Positions 1 to 12,176 of a stretch of DNA of 64,000 bases are shown here, in pieces. Made by a program: the position numbers and the translations under genes. Under the pieces are notes generated by a model. That model saw nothing but the letters and a program-made list of their open reading frames with translations, did not search any database and was not told the origin of the DNA. Origin of the DNA: Camelus dromedarius (Eukaryota). The DNA is taken from NCBI RefSeq assembly GCF_036321535.1, contig NC_087447.1:52702001-52766000 (forward strand), in the 5' to 3' direction. How positions within the stretch are numbered: the first letter of the stretch is position 1; each line of letters begins with the position of its first letter.

Positions 1-599
1 ATGCAGGCAAGGAGAAGCACGCAGCTACTTTGATAATCCCTCTTGTGAACAAAAGGGACACAAAGTAGTTATTGAAGTTCCAATACGTGTCAGGCTCCAC
101 GATGGATACTTTCCCACACGGCCTCACTTAATTCCCAGGGGCTTTAGAAGTCGGTGATACACCTAGGCTGTAGGTGTGGGGTGAGGAAAACGAGGTCCAC
201 CCATGACAGGGAGGAGAGAAGGCAGGACTGAAGGAAATCCACACCCCTCCAGAGTCCAGCCCCTTCTGTCAAAGTCGTCACTGTCATTAACAATGGACCC
301 CTCATCCTGCCCGCCTGAACCATGGCTCATCCCAGGCAGGGGCGGGAGCTCTGAATAAGTCATCTCCTCACTCTCCCCTCCAGCACTGATATTCCAGACT
401 GCCACTGCCACAGGTCTGGGGACTCGGGGGGAGGGGTCGCTGTGGGGTCCTCCAGAGCTCTCAGAAGTGGGAGGGAATAAAGCGCGTAAGGCAGGAGAAG
501 CCGTCTCCCTCCCACTCCCAGGCACAACTATCGCCACGGAGTCAGGAGGACGGAGAGGGCTCTGTTCTGCTGTCTTTAGATTTTATTTTTAAAGCATTA

Positions 600-870
600 T
601 TTACGTTTGTGTGTTACACCCAGAAAACTTTGGTTTAGAGAGTGCCGGTTTGGAGACAGAAGCCCTCAGGGTCACACATCCCTTCATCAGCCTAGTAGTA
701 ATAACTCAAGTAGCAGTAAGACTGGGTGTGAAAAAGCAGCTTGTGAATGTCATGGAAACCACTCTGATTGCTCGGTGCATATACACTGTGCATCTCCAGC
801 TTCTAAGTGGAAAGGATTCTGCATCCAACAGTGACCAGTACATTGAATTCCCTTGTATCACGGATGTTTG
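600..870 (+). mobile_element. Degenerate hAT (Tip100/Arthur/Zaphod-like) transposase fossil
   Basis: Two + frames join across frameshifts as ...GVKKQL (725-742)...SVHIHCAS (772-795) then QLLSGKDSA. This resembles the hAT motif GVxxxL...(S/I)HCxxHxLxLxxxDA. Confidence 0.5.
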
Positions 871-3137
871 AGACAGAGGCTTGGAGTAAGAGACTGAAGT
901 CTCAGACTCACCTAAACCCTCTGAGTCGGTCTCTTATCCCTGGACCTCAGGGATTTAGCGATGACGATTAAGTGCAGGATGGAAGGCAAGCAGCCGGCAC
1001 AGTTCCGACACGATGCAGGCTGGTCTCCCGCTCCCCACTGCCTTCACTGCAGAGCTGTTGGGGCTGAGCACTGGGGGTAGCCGAGGCGCGGAGGACAACA
1101 AATACAGTGGATGTGCTGTTTATTTCCACAGGCTTCACTTCCATCAGACTCTCTTACTCTTACTTTGTCAGTCGGGCTAATATTTTACAAGCCCACAATA
1201 TATATTGTTTGTATGAGCCCCCAAAATCCTCAGACTGAAATCAAATTCACCTGACACTCTCTGGCTTGAAGACTAAAGCCTGACACTTTCCCTTACCCTC
1301 CCAGGGTCTCCGTTATCAAACCAGCCAACGTCCCCTCCCAGCATGCACTTGGGGGCCTCCACCCAGGTCTGCTCTCCCCTCTCTGTAGGTGTTCTGCTCC
1401 TTCCTATCACTGCACCTTTGCTTATGCTGTTCCTCTTCTGGAACAATCCAAATCCTTCCAGTGTCTGCCCTCCCCACCGCCTGCGAGAAGCAGTCCCCTG
1501 CACTTTAATCTCCTGTAACTTCTCCCTCCTCAGAATCCCATGATGCTCAGAGAAGCAGCTGTCATTTTTTTTTTTTCTTTTCCTCTTCTTCCCGGGGACT
1601 GTTCCTCTTGCTGCAGGGCCCTGGGTGAGTCTCAGAACCTTTCAGGGTCTCTACATTCTCTCCCAAGAAGGAAAGCTCTTCTAAGGCAGGGCCAGTGTGG
1701 CCCAGTGCCTAGCAGAGAACCAGGCAGGCGGCACGGGCTCAATTAGCAAGTGCTCCCCCCTCCCTGGTTGGAAGGCCGCCACCAGGCATGGTGAGGCACA
1801 AGATGGAATCAGCACCTGGCAGAGTGGAGACAGTCCCTGCCAAGCCTGCCACAAGCACATTCGGAAGTGGGCTGTGCTCCTTCTCTTAATGAGATGCACC
1901 AACCCCCACCCCACAGAGTGGGAGCAAGCAAATCCATTCTCTGCCAGGGCAAGCAGACTCATTCTTAGCAGCATGGCTAGACTTAGAGGCTGCATGCTTT
2001 GTTACCACTGGGACAAGCTGCCCACATATTCCTGCGTTCAAGAAGGTTCCCACACACTGGATTTGTCTTCTAAAGCCCCATCCTTAGCCACTGTCAGAAA
2101 TGACCAGTTTGTGGGACTGGTGATGCTCCCTGACTCAAAACTTGGAGGCAAGGAAATAGACCCTACATCATACTTTTCTGACTTTGGTTGTTTTCATAAC
2201 CGTAAGTCCCTATGCATACATGTTGACTTTTCCACAGATTACCAAATGAGGGGTTTTCTAGTGTTTCAGAATATGATTCCAAAGCCTAGTGAAATTAATC
2301 CTCTGGCTTATTTATTCCAAGATCTTGTGCAAAGGGACCAGGGCTCCAGACAGACAAAGAAAACCCCAGCTGATGAATCTGAAGCTACTGGTCCAGGTCT
2401 TCCCACCCCACTTCTTTACCACAAAGCCCAGTAAATTACATGCACTAGGGCCTCCCTCCCTACAAAAAGATATCCCACATAATGCTTTCCAAAAGGATAA
2501 TCCTCTGCTAAGTCCTACACAATCGTTCCCAATGTTTGCTGGTGATGGACACCAGGAAGCCATCGAACTTGCCTCAGCTCTAAAGACATTTGTGCTAATA
2601 ATTCCTGCTCAGAAAGAGCTCCATTCCTGCAGATTTCAAGGCTCTGGAAATCAGACTTCTAACAAATTTCCTTTGGTTTTGTTTCCCATAATCGTGCTTC
2701 TGTCTGCTTCATGCTCTTCTTCAAATGTGTGGGTCCCAGTGGACTATTGTACTCCATGAATGATGGCTTCAGGCTCGACAAATGGCCCTCAATCTATCAT
2801 CCTGGAGCTCCAGCGGCAACAACAGAGCCTGCTGTGTCTCCCTCCGCAAGCAGGCAGAGTGATAGCCCTGCCCTGGACTTGCCTTCCCCTGCTGTCTTGG
2901 GAGGGGATACCAGGAATGCTGGGAGTCAAGGCTGAGCCGCTTCCACTTTGAATGCACAGCCCTTCTTGTCTGTGGAGACCCCACTTATGTTCTCCTCTCC
3001 ATGTGGCCAATCCCGGTGGTCACCCATCCTCCCCTTTGCAACCTGGGTCTTCCTTCTAATCATGTCATCCATCTCCCTGTGGGGCTCTGAGAACCTAATG
3101 AGATAATCATGCCAAGAATGGTTTGCAAATGCAGCAC

Positions 3138-3365
3138 AGGCAGAGTGGCTAAGGACTGGCTTTGCAGTCAGGGTTCAAATCCCACTTGTCACTTTCAGAA
3201 TGTGTGACCTTGTAAGAGCCACTTAACCTCTCTCATCTGCAAAGTAGGAATAATAATGCCTGCCTCACAGTGTCACCATGACTCTCAGGTGGATATGGAG
3301 GTGATGGAAATAAATCACTAGGAACAGTGCCTGGCAATCAGAAGGTAATTACTAAGGGGTACTAT
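3138..3365 (+). mobile_element. MIR SINE
   Basis: gggttcaaatccca...tgtgtgacctt...cacttaacctctct...catctgcaaagtaggaataataat...acagtgcctggca (MIR core and tail). Confidence 0.85.
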
Positions 3366-3564
3366 TATTTTAAAAATTAATAGTATAATAATATTAATAA
3401 GAATTCAGTAGTTTCCCTAAAACACTAGAAAAACTGATGATGGAGAGAAATGAATCATGCTTACTTGTGGCTTTGGGTCTCCCTTGATCAAAGGTGCTGA
3501 AGCCTGAGCTTGAGATGCCTGGTGGCACCAGTCCCAAGCCACCCCAGCACTCCCCTGGATCAAG

Positions 3565-3760
3565 CTCAGACCCTGGCTCTGCCACTTGCTGTGCGACCTT
3601 GGCTAAATGATTTAAACTTTCTAAGCCTCAGTTCCTTCCTGCACAAACTAGTAAGGTCTACCTTATAGGGTTGTTGTGAGTACTAGCGAGGCAATGCAGG
3701 GAAAACGCCAGCCTTCAGGTCCTGGCCTACAGTAGGTGCTAAAGAAACTTTGGCTAGTTA
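3565..3760 (+). mobile_element. MIR SINE
   Basis: ccctggctctgccacttgctgtgcgaccttgg...taagcctcagttcc...tagggttgttgtgag...acagtaggtgct. Confidence 0.85.
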
Positions 3761-3925
3761 CTTATTCACTAGACTCCTAATAGGAGCCTAGGGCACTGTG
3801 CTTGGTGCTGAAGGAGAGGAGAGGGAGGGGCAGAGAGGGGGACAGGAAGAGTGGTAGAGGGGGAGGGGAACATGTGAATAAGACATGGTCGTGAGTCACA
3901 CTCACGTGGAGCTCACTGACTAATG

Positions 3926-4115
3926 CAGTGATTCTCAGCCCTGGCTACACATCACAGTCATTTAGAAAACTTGCAAAAAAAAAAAAAAAATAGTGCTGCC
4001 CAGGCTCCATACTCAGAGGTTCTGATTTAATTGGTCTGGAGTGACACTTGGGCATAAGAATTTTGTAGAAGCTCCCCAACATGATTCTAACATGACCAGG
4101 ACCAAGAAAAACTGG
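3926..4115. mobile_element. MER5A-like hAT-Charlie MITE
   Basis: cagtgattctcagccctggct...agaggttctgatttaattggtctgg...gctcccc...gattctaacatg...aaaactg; carries an internal poly-A expansion. Confidence 0.8.
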
Positions 4116-4709
4116 CCTACTGGGGGAAGATATGAGCACATAGATGGTTTTTATAACATATGCTTAGGGCTCCAACAGATTTGTATACAAAGAGTGATAG
4201 GAACATGGATGATGGTACAGATAATCCGCATCATTTAAGCCGAGTAATAGCATGGGAGTAGGACTTTAACAGAAGGAGGGTCTGTGAGAAGGGCGTTCTG
4301 AGACTTTTCTGCGTGACTCCAAATAAAGGCAGAGCTGCAGCAAGTCACCATGTATGACCTGGAGCAAACCAGGGCAAGGAGGAGGAAAGTGAGAAAAGTT
4401 GGACTATTTCCCATGAGCAGAGTTCCTTCGGGACCTCAGCCCTGGCTCTGCATCCCAGTGCTTGGCTGGGTCCCTGGGGCTTGACTAGGTCCCTGGTCCA
4501 AGGGCTTCACCCTTCAGAGAGGGAGAGACAGAGGAAGGAGAGAGCACTTTGACATGGTCAGGTGGCCTCTGGGAAGTTTCTTTGCTTCCCCATCAATAGC
4601 ACCACAAGCCTTGCAGAGAGGTCAAACACCTAGGGTGACTCAAAGGTTTGTTGGTTGCTTGGAGATGGCCTCCTGTCCATGGTGCTGAACAGTTCCTGGG
4701 CTGGAGAAC

Positions 4710-5052
4710 CAGGCCGTTCAAGGTGTGGGTGTGGTCTGCAGACAGGCAGCACCAGTGCTACCTGGGAGCTCACAAGAAATGCAGAATCGGAGGCCGCCCC
4801 AGACAGACAGAATCAGAATCTGCCACTTATCAAGTCCCCAGCAGGTATAAGTCATGAAATTAATTCAATCCTTTGGGAACAGCATGTTTAAAGAAAAGAA
4901 TGGAATGGAACAGAAGAGACTAAAAAAAAAATGGCAGAGTGCATCACACTTCAGAGCAAGTTTTGTTATTACATATATGGGTATAGGGAGGAGGATCCAA
5001 GAAGTATTCATTCTTAAAAGTTGGATTTTAAACAATGTCTGAAAGGCACTGC
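4710..5052. mobile_element. hAT-Charlie remnant(s): MER5-like 5' part followed by a MER119-like segment
   Basis: cagcaccagtgctacctgggagctcacaagaaatgcagaat...agaatcagaatctgc, then gaatggaatggaa...cagagtgcatcacac...tgaaaggcactg. Confidence 0.6.
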
Positions 5053-6101
5053 TTCTTTTTCCTAATCCTGGGACACTGGATGCTTACCTAATATCTTCTA
5101 GGACTTTGAGCCAGATGAGAGAACACAGACAGTGGGAGAAAAATGGGGTATAGATCAATAGAGAAAGAATGAGAGACTGGACCTGCTGAAGACGTATGTA
5201 CTGAGAGAACAGTGGAGAAAGTTAAAAAAGAAAAAAGCAGAGAGGACTGGACGTGAGTGTTAAAGGCTGCAGTGTTACTTCTTTAAAGTGCTCTTGGCTT
5301 TCTTTCTTTTTTTTTTAATGAAATTTTGTAAAACTTTACACAACCCTTGGAACAAACATTGCAGTGAGTTTCTATTACTTAACACACACAGTTCTTTGAC
5401 TTGGGAAATCCCTCACATTGCTGATGGCTTGCTACCGCTGGCCACAGGGAAGATGCTGGGGGAAAAGGGTGGGAAGGTCCACTTGGGGTTGGTGGCTCCT
5501 CCTCGCTGTGAGGTTTCCTAGGTTTCTTACTGCTCACCGTCAACCAAAACCTTCAGACACACAGGTCTCGAGAACTTTGCAGATAAAGAAATGGAGGACT
5601 CTTTAAAATGCACATTTTGTTTGCTTCAAGGGGTGACACAGAACAAATTGTCAAGAGTAGAAGTGACACCGTGATTTTTCTTCCTTTCAGAACCAGGCAG
5701 TGGGAGTTATTCACCTCTTGACACAAGCCTGTTATTTCATTTGTACAACGGTGTCCTACATTTGATTTTGCCTGGGAAATTCGTGTCTAATGGAAGATGA
5801 CAAGAAATGACTTTTAAAATAATCTAAATAATTTTGTCTCAGGCTAGTAGAGTTTATAAAATACTGAGTTCAAAACTCCCACTTAGGGAAATTCTGCCTG
5901 GAGGTCATGAAATGGGACAAAAAGTTTGTTAACACCCACAGATGGTTTCAGCTCCAAGGAAGACACAACTCCACCTGGTGACACCTGTGTTTGTCCTCCA
6001 AGATGGCAGAATCAAGACCACATCTCCTCTGTGATGAGCTATGATGACGTCAACATGGACAGTTTTACTTTGTTTTTCACATAAAAATGACTAATATAAT
6101 A

Positions 6102-6153
6102 ATATCATATCATATCATATCATATCATATCATATCATATCATATCATATCAT
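6102..6153. repeat. (ATATC)n pentanucleotide microsatellite, about 10 units
   Basis: Directly visible perfect tandem repeat. Confidence 0.97.
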
Positions 6154-6239
6154 TTTTGATGCAGAGTGCTTGACTTTTCAGGGTCATTTTAAGTCCCTCA
6201 AACTCTAAGTTAGTTGGCATGACTTTTGCTATAAGTAGA

Positions 6240-6455
6240 GTAGCTACCTTTTACTGGTACCTACTATGTTTCAGAGCCTAGCTTTATTTATTTAATCCAC
6301 TTGACACACACAACGGGACAAGTGTTACAATATCTATTTTCAGAGATGCTAAAATGTAAGCTCAGAGAGGTTTAGTGATTTGCCCAAGGTCACACAGCTC
6401 ATCAGAGTAACACAGCCAGAATCTGAATCCCAGCATGTTGATTCCCAAACTCCAA
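6240..6455 (-). mobile_element. MIR SINE
   Basis: gctcagagaggtttagtgatttgcccaaggtcacacagct...gaatctgaatcccag (antisense MIR core). Confidence 0.85.
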
Positions 6456-7256
6456 CCAAGCTGACTAAGTGTCAACTTGTTCAGCTCCCTTTCTCCTTCA
6501 GTTTCAAAATCCCCAACATTTCACAATAACCTGCTTCCCCAAGGGCTTCTGGTTATTTTCCCAACTTGCTACTTTCAACTTTCTGGGTCTTGCTTCTGAG
6601 TCAGCTGCCATTTCTCTCCTTTTTGTCTGGCACTGAAGAAACAGTCTTGTGTAAGTGGCTGGTCACTCAGAGTTGGATCTCTGGAAGGAGACTGGATTTC
6701 CCCTGTGGCTCAAAATGAGACCTGCTTTCCCTTTATTCAGTCAATGATTTTACAGTCAAATAGCATAGACTCAAAGTGGGAAAATTTAAGTACATTTCAG
6801 CTTCAAGGCTGGATTTCCTTAACATCACAATTTAAGCATTTCTAAAACTGGTTAATGCTTAGAAGGAAAAGTCCCATCTGAGAAGTGACATTTTGAAAAT
6901 CCTGATCTGAATACAAAGACAGTCAGCTTAACACAACAATAATTTCTCCAGGGCTTCTCATGTTCCCTGTACTGTGAATAAGGTGGATATAAAAAGGCAG
7001 CAAGACATCGTCTTAGACTAGGGTATTTATTTATGGTATTTTCACCAGTTTAAAAAAAAAAACTAGTATTTTTTTATCAGTAAAAAAAAAAAAAAAAAAA
7101 GAGTATGTTTTTTCACCAGTTAAAAAAAATCCCTGAAACATTATAAGTAGAATTCAAGCTAGAAGAAACACATTCCAGCTCAAGATAATAAAGAATTTTC
7201 TGACCATCAGCACTTACTCAACAGTGAAACAGCTGGCTTTACCAGGAAGTTTTACC

Positions 7257-7672
7257 CAAAGTGTGCTGGTAAATATTTAACAACTGGCTCTCCAGGAAAC
7301 AAATAACCCACCCTGGTTTGTAGCGTTTGCTGTTTGCTGATTTCTGTGGTGTAAATACTCCCACCACGGCCTATTTCAAGTTCTCAAAGTGGAGCCATTG
7401 AAAGTGGAATTGGGAAGGGGTGAGCAGAACAACCGCTCCAAGGGTTTCCACCACACACATAAAACAGACGTAAATAACCTGAGCAGCAGAGGAGCATGCG
7501 GCGCAATAACCAGTAACGGCTGAGTGTCAACTATTTTCCCCCTTTTAATATAATTTACTTAAGTTTGTATAGTTTAAATTTTTAGTAATGGCTGTGTTTA
7601 GTAACAGACTCACAGTATCCCTGAAAAATTAACCATCAGTGCTCGTCAGCCAGTCCGGGGGCTCCGCCACTC
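7257..7672. mobile_element. MER63-like (hAT-Blackjack) DNA element, long form
   Basis: gtgtgctggtaaatatttaacaactggctctcc...gatttctgtggtgtaaatactcccacca...; shares ggtgtaaatactcccacca with the copy at ~16840. Confidence 0.75.
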
Positions 7673-7799
7673 CCCAGGACCTTTGCCATAGTGTTGTGTG
7701 GGGTGGGGGGGTGCATCCAGACTCTGGGTGCCCACCTGTCCCGGATATGATTACCTAAGTCTTCAAGCTTATTCAACTGCAGAGGCAGCACTGGCTGGG

Positions 7800-8030
7800 G
7801 GCATTTCACTACCTGCCGTGTACCAGTGACGGTGCAGAGAGCTTTGTGTGCTTTGTCTCACAACGTCTTATTTATCCTGATTAAAACCCCATAAGGAAGA
7901 TTGGGACTAATATCACCCGCATGATAGTGGGGAAACTGAGGCTTAGAAAGCTTAAGTAACTCGCCTAGAGTCACAGAACAGTAAGTGGCACTACCAAAAT
8001 GTTTGACTCCAAATCGTTTTTCCTTAAACC
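7800..8030 (-). mobile_element. MIR SINE
   Basis: ggggaaactgaggcttagaaagcttaagtaactcgcctagagtcacagaacagtaagtggc...tttgactccaaa. Confidence 0.8.
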
Positions 8031-9189
8031 AGGACGTTACACTGATATTGTAAGAAATGCACTCTGCCTACTGGTTCATGAATCTCCATGATCCGTCAGG
8101 GCACTAAGGTCTGTGAAGCAGGAGAGATGGGCTGCTCCCAGGTGCAGATTTCAGAAGGGTTGGCTCACACTTCTGAATCCAGAGACTTACACTGAGCCGA
8201 GAGCACACCAAGGAAGGATTTAAATGAAAAGCAACTTTCTTTTGCAGAAAGCAAAAAACTAAAATCTGAAATTAAGTAAACCCATATAAAATCAGCATCT
8301 TTGTAAGTAAAAAAAAAAAAAAGTTGAATATCTACAACTTAATTTTGTTCCACTGAATGGACCCTTTTGGACATACTTAGGGACTGCCAGCAACATGCAG
8401 CCTGATCTAAGAGTCTTGTTTCTCTGTGCTAACAGCTAACAAACTCTTTTCTTTAATCAAACTAGACAGCTAGACATGCAGGACACCTTATCTCTATATC
8501 ACAAAGGTGCAGGTGAGTACAGATGTCTTGTCCAGTACAGCCATCACATTCTCTCCTGTATAATCAAACTGGAAATCCTAAACTAAGCCAGCAACTGCCT
8601 GACCTGCCCCATGCTGAAGCTCTGACCCTAGTCCCTGAGTTCACACTAGGTGAGCACCCTGACTGGGCACACAGTTGGCTGATAAGATGTTCCCACCGGG
8701 TAGAGGGTTCTCTAGTGATTACCAGGCCTGCAGGGTCACTCATTCTATGCATTGCCCACCTACCTTCACCTGTGATGGAGGGTCCGGGCAGGGCAGGAAG
8801 AATGTCATCCATATTTAATGGGGCAGCTTGACCCCAGAGCCCACTGGGAGAGGCATGGCCCACTGGTTCCCCTTCTCCCTATCTTCCACAGCCTCCTACC
8901 TCTGGTAAAATTCCAGGATTGCAACTGAATGAAAGTGTTTGCACTCAGTGTTTACCTGTGGAGGCTTGAGTCACCAGATTAGCCAAGATCCCTGGGCTGC
9001 GCGTGTTAGTTGCTTTTTCATCACGCCTCCATCGCAAGGAATTACTGAGGTACCGCTGCATGATGCAAACTACCTAAACTGTGGGCAACAGCTCCCAGAG
9101 CAGCAGACACAGGGTACGGGGAGGGCTGCCTGGCTCTTGGCATGGAGGAATTTTTACTTTGAAATCAATCAAAATTGCAGTTTAGAAAG

Positions 9190-9815
9190 CTCTAATCAGC
9201 ACTATAAATTTTTGAGCATAAACAGTACGACAGGAGAGTTGTTTGCAGTCCTCACAAGCAGCTCTTCAAGGTGACTATTTATATCCTACTTTGTGGATGA
9301 GGAAACTAAGTTCCAGGAAAGTTGAGAAGCTTGTCCAGGGTCACACTGGCAATAAATGGCAGAACCAGATTTTAAACTCATGTTTATTTACATCCAGAGC
9401 CCTTATTCTAGGCACACTGCAGCTCTGCTGATATAAAAGGGGAAAAATTATTACTACAGGCATGCTTACTCCATGCCAATAATGCCGATAATAATAAAAA
9501 TAAGAATAGCTAACGTTTACATAGTGCTTGCAAAGCTCCTGGCACTGCTGAAATTCCGGGGTTTAAATCCTCCCAACAGCCTTCATGTTAGAGAGCAGGA
9601 AACGGAGGCTTGGAAAGGGTCTAAATCTGCCTATGGTCATACCAAGGTCACAGCTAAGGACTGAGCCAGGTGCCTCTGCATAAATGCAGGTGCCTTAGCA
9701 TCCTCTTATCAATCCTGAGAAAAAGGAGGTTAGCATGCCCAATTCACAGATGAGGAAAGTGAGGTTCAGAGAAGTCAAGAGGCTTGCTCAGAGACACCCA
9801 GCTACAGAGGTAGAA
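9190..9815 (-). mobile_element. Cluster of three antisense MIR fragments
   Basis: Repeated cores gatgaggaaactaag (~9296), gcaggaaacggaggc (~9595) and cagatgaggaaagtgagg (~9747), each followed by aggtcaca-like sequence. Confidence 0.8.
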
Positions 9816-10916
9816 ACTGTTTACCCTCGCCATGAGTACATCTCAGGAGGAGATGTGACTCAGAGGTCAGCTCGCCACTTGCTAGCTATACAAGTCCATT
9901 GGTAAACAAGTCCATTGGTCTCTCTGAGCCTCGGTTTACCCCTGAGGACAGCAGGGGCTTTAAGCCAGGGACTTCTGATCCATCCTGCCTGGATGTTCCA
10001 GAACCCCAGGACTGGAATGGCCTGTATGCAATGTTCTCTCAGCTAAGAGGAGGAAAAAAGGGCTACTTTCAGACTCAACACATGGGCCTCCCCCACCTCC
10101 CTGGCTGTTATATTTTCAGGCAAATAAACTGCCTCAAATGCTTCCCAAATTGCTGCTTAATGCTTCTCCTTGGAGCGTGATCTCATTTATAGATCTGTGG
10201 AAAGGATTTACAGCAACGCTGTTGATAGCGAGATGTCCCAAATGATTTATCAGAGAAGGTGATGTAAAAGAGCAGCAAGAAACCGCAGGGACGAGAAAGG
10301 GGGTTAACTACCTGGGTTTTGCTGGGAAGGAGGGGGCAGACATCTGGGAGGGAGCAGGGAACTGCAGAAAATGGACAGTTTGGGACATGCTGAAGGAGCT
10401 GACTGAAATTCACGGGGCCTGTTGATGTCTCAAAGTCACAGAAAGACTGTGGGTCACTGAGTGTAAAACGGGGCTCAGAGCTTTCCCGATCATAGTAGCT
10501 AGTCTGGGCCCCAGGAGCTTGAGTTATCAAGAGGCCTGTGTGTGGTTTTCACATTAACAATGACCGTCTGGCCTTCCCCAGTGCATTGTGGGAATATCAG
10601 GCTACATGGGAGGGAGGGGCAGAGGGCAGACGAGGATGTCCTGGGTCTGGGATAGGGACTGATAGACATTGCAGGTAACAGGCATGGCTCCTGGTGACTT
10701 ATAAAGTCTGGCTGGCCTCACCTATTTTTTACCTCCCAACCCTGCATCACCGCCTGCTACATCCCCTCTCATGACTTAACTCCCACATCTCCATGTCTTA
10801 GCACCAGCTGTTCCCTTTGTCAGGAAAGCCCCCCTTCCTGTGCTTTGCTAGCAAAGTCCTATCCTTCCCTCCAGCTTGCTCAAGTGTCACCTGACTTGGG
10901 AAGCCTCCTTCCCAAC

Positions 10917-11075
10917 CAGGGCTGGGTTCAGCGGCGTGTAGTGTGGGCTTGTGCTTAGAAGAGCCCTACTTGGTTTAACGCTCCGTCATTGCTGTTTGCA
11001 AATTATTAACTTTTGCACAAGGGGCTCTGCATTTCCAATTTGCAATGGGACCTGAAAATGATGAGGCTGGACCTG
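10917..11075. mobile_element. MER91A-like hAT-Tip100 MITE
   Basis: cagggctgg...gtgcttagaagagccc...ttggtttaacgctc...acaaggggctctgcattt...ttgcaatgggacctgaaaatgatgaggctggacctg. Confidence 0.75.
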
Positions 11076-12176
11076 CTCCCACTCCTGGGACTGCTCTGTG
11101 CTCTCAGCACCTTGGATGCCTCTCAAAATGGTAGGACCCGTCATTGTGTTCGGTTATTTGTCAACCTTTCCACCCCAACTTGTTGTCAAAAAAAAAAAAA
11201 AAAAAAAAAAAGTAATCAGACAGTTAAAAAGAATGCAAAAAAATAAAAAATAAACCGAACATCACCACCACCACCAGCAGCTTGGCATAAACTGGCTGCC
11301 GGTGAGCACTAAAACAAGAAAAAGAAAGGCGGGGAACCAAAATCAAGCCGGGAATGAGTTTAATTCTCTTAACAGGCAGACTGAAGATTTGGCCCTGTGC
11401 TCCCTCACAGTCTACAGGGAAAATGGGACAGAACTGTTAACACAATTCTGTGTTTACGAGATAAAAACAAGCCAATCACTGGAGAGGCACATTTATTCTT
11501 AACATTGAGAAGAGGTGAACTTCTCTGACAGTTCATGAAAAGGACCTTGTAAACCAGTGGGGATCTTGCCTGGCATCTGTACCTCCTGAAACAGTCACAA
11601 CATTTGGTATGTCTCGGGGCGAGCATTGTTCTGAAGGCAGGCCCCATGGCTGGGGCTGGATTCTCAACCGGGCCCACAACGCACAAAGGGTTAAAGATTC
11701 ACTGGGCTGTAATGAAGACGCGGTAGAGGCTTCTCATAATGACCCTCAATCCAGGCTGATGGACTTTCCATCAAGCACAGTTTACATAAGTCATCAATTT
11801 GGAACTGAGAACTTACTCCCCTGGAATTATTTACGTATGGGCCCATCTCCTTACGGCAGTGGTCTTTCCCTTTTCACCTCTGGTCCCAAAGGACCTTAAC
11901 ATACAATTAGCATCTAGGGAAAGTGGCCGAGAAGCTGGATGGACAGCTGGATGGCTGGACAAATGAATAAACGCGTAAGTGAGCTGAACTTCCAACAATC
12001 CACCTAAAGCTCTTTCCACCCCAGCACTGAATTCTTGCTCAGAAACACTGACCCCACCCTCTGGCTGTGTATCTGGTGATAATTCCTGGGGTCTGGGAAT
12101 TCAGCAAAGTGGGCCTCTCACCAGGCTCTTGAGTTTTCTAAGGAAGGAGCCCTCTATGGCAAGGCTTCCCAAGGAA

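Noticed and set aside
575..870. Possible minus-strand 3' UTR or processed pseudogene (AATAAA on the minus strand near 585)
   Set aside because: No poly-A tail, TSD or recognisable parent; the + strand hAT transposase motif explains the segment better.
1697..2434. Longest ORF in the track (245 aa)
   Set aside because: No recognisable domain or homology, random-looking composition and no supporting exon structure; plausible by chance in GC-rich DNA.
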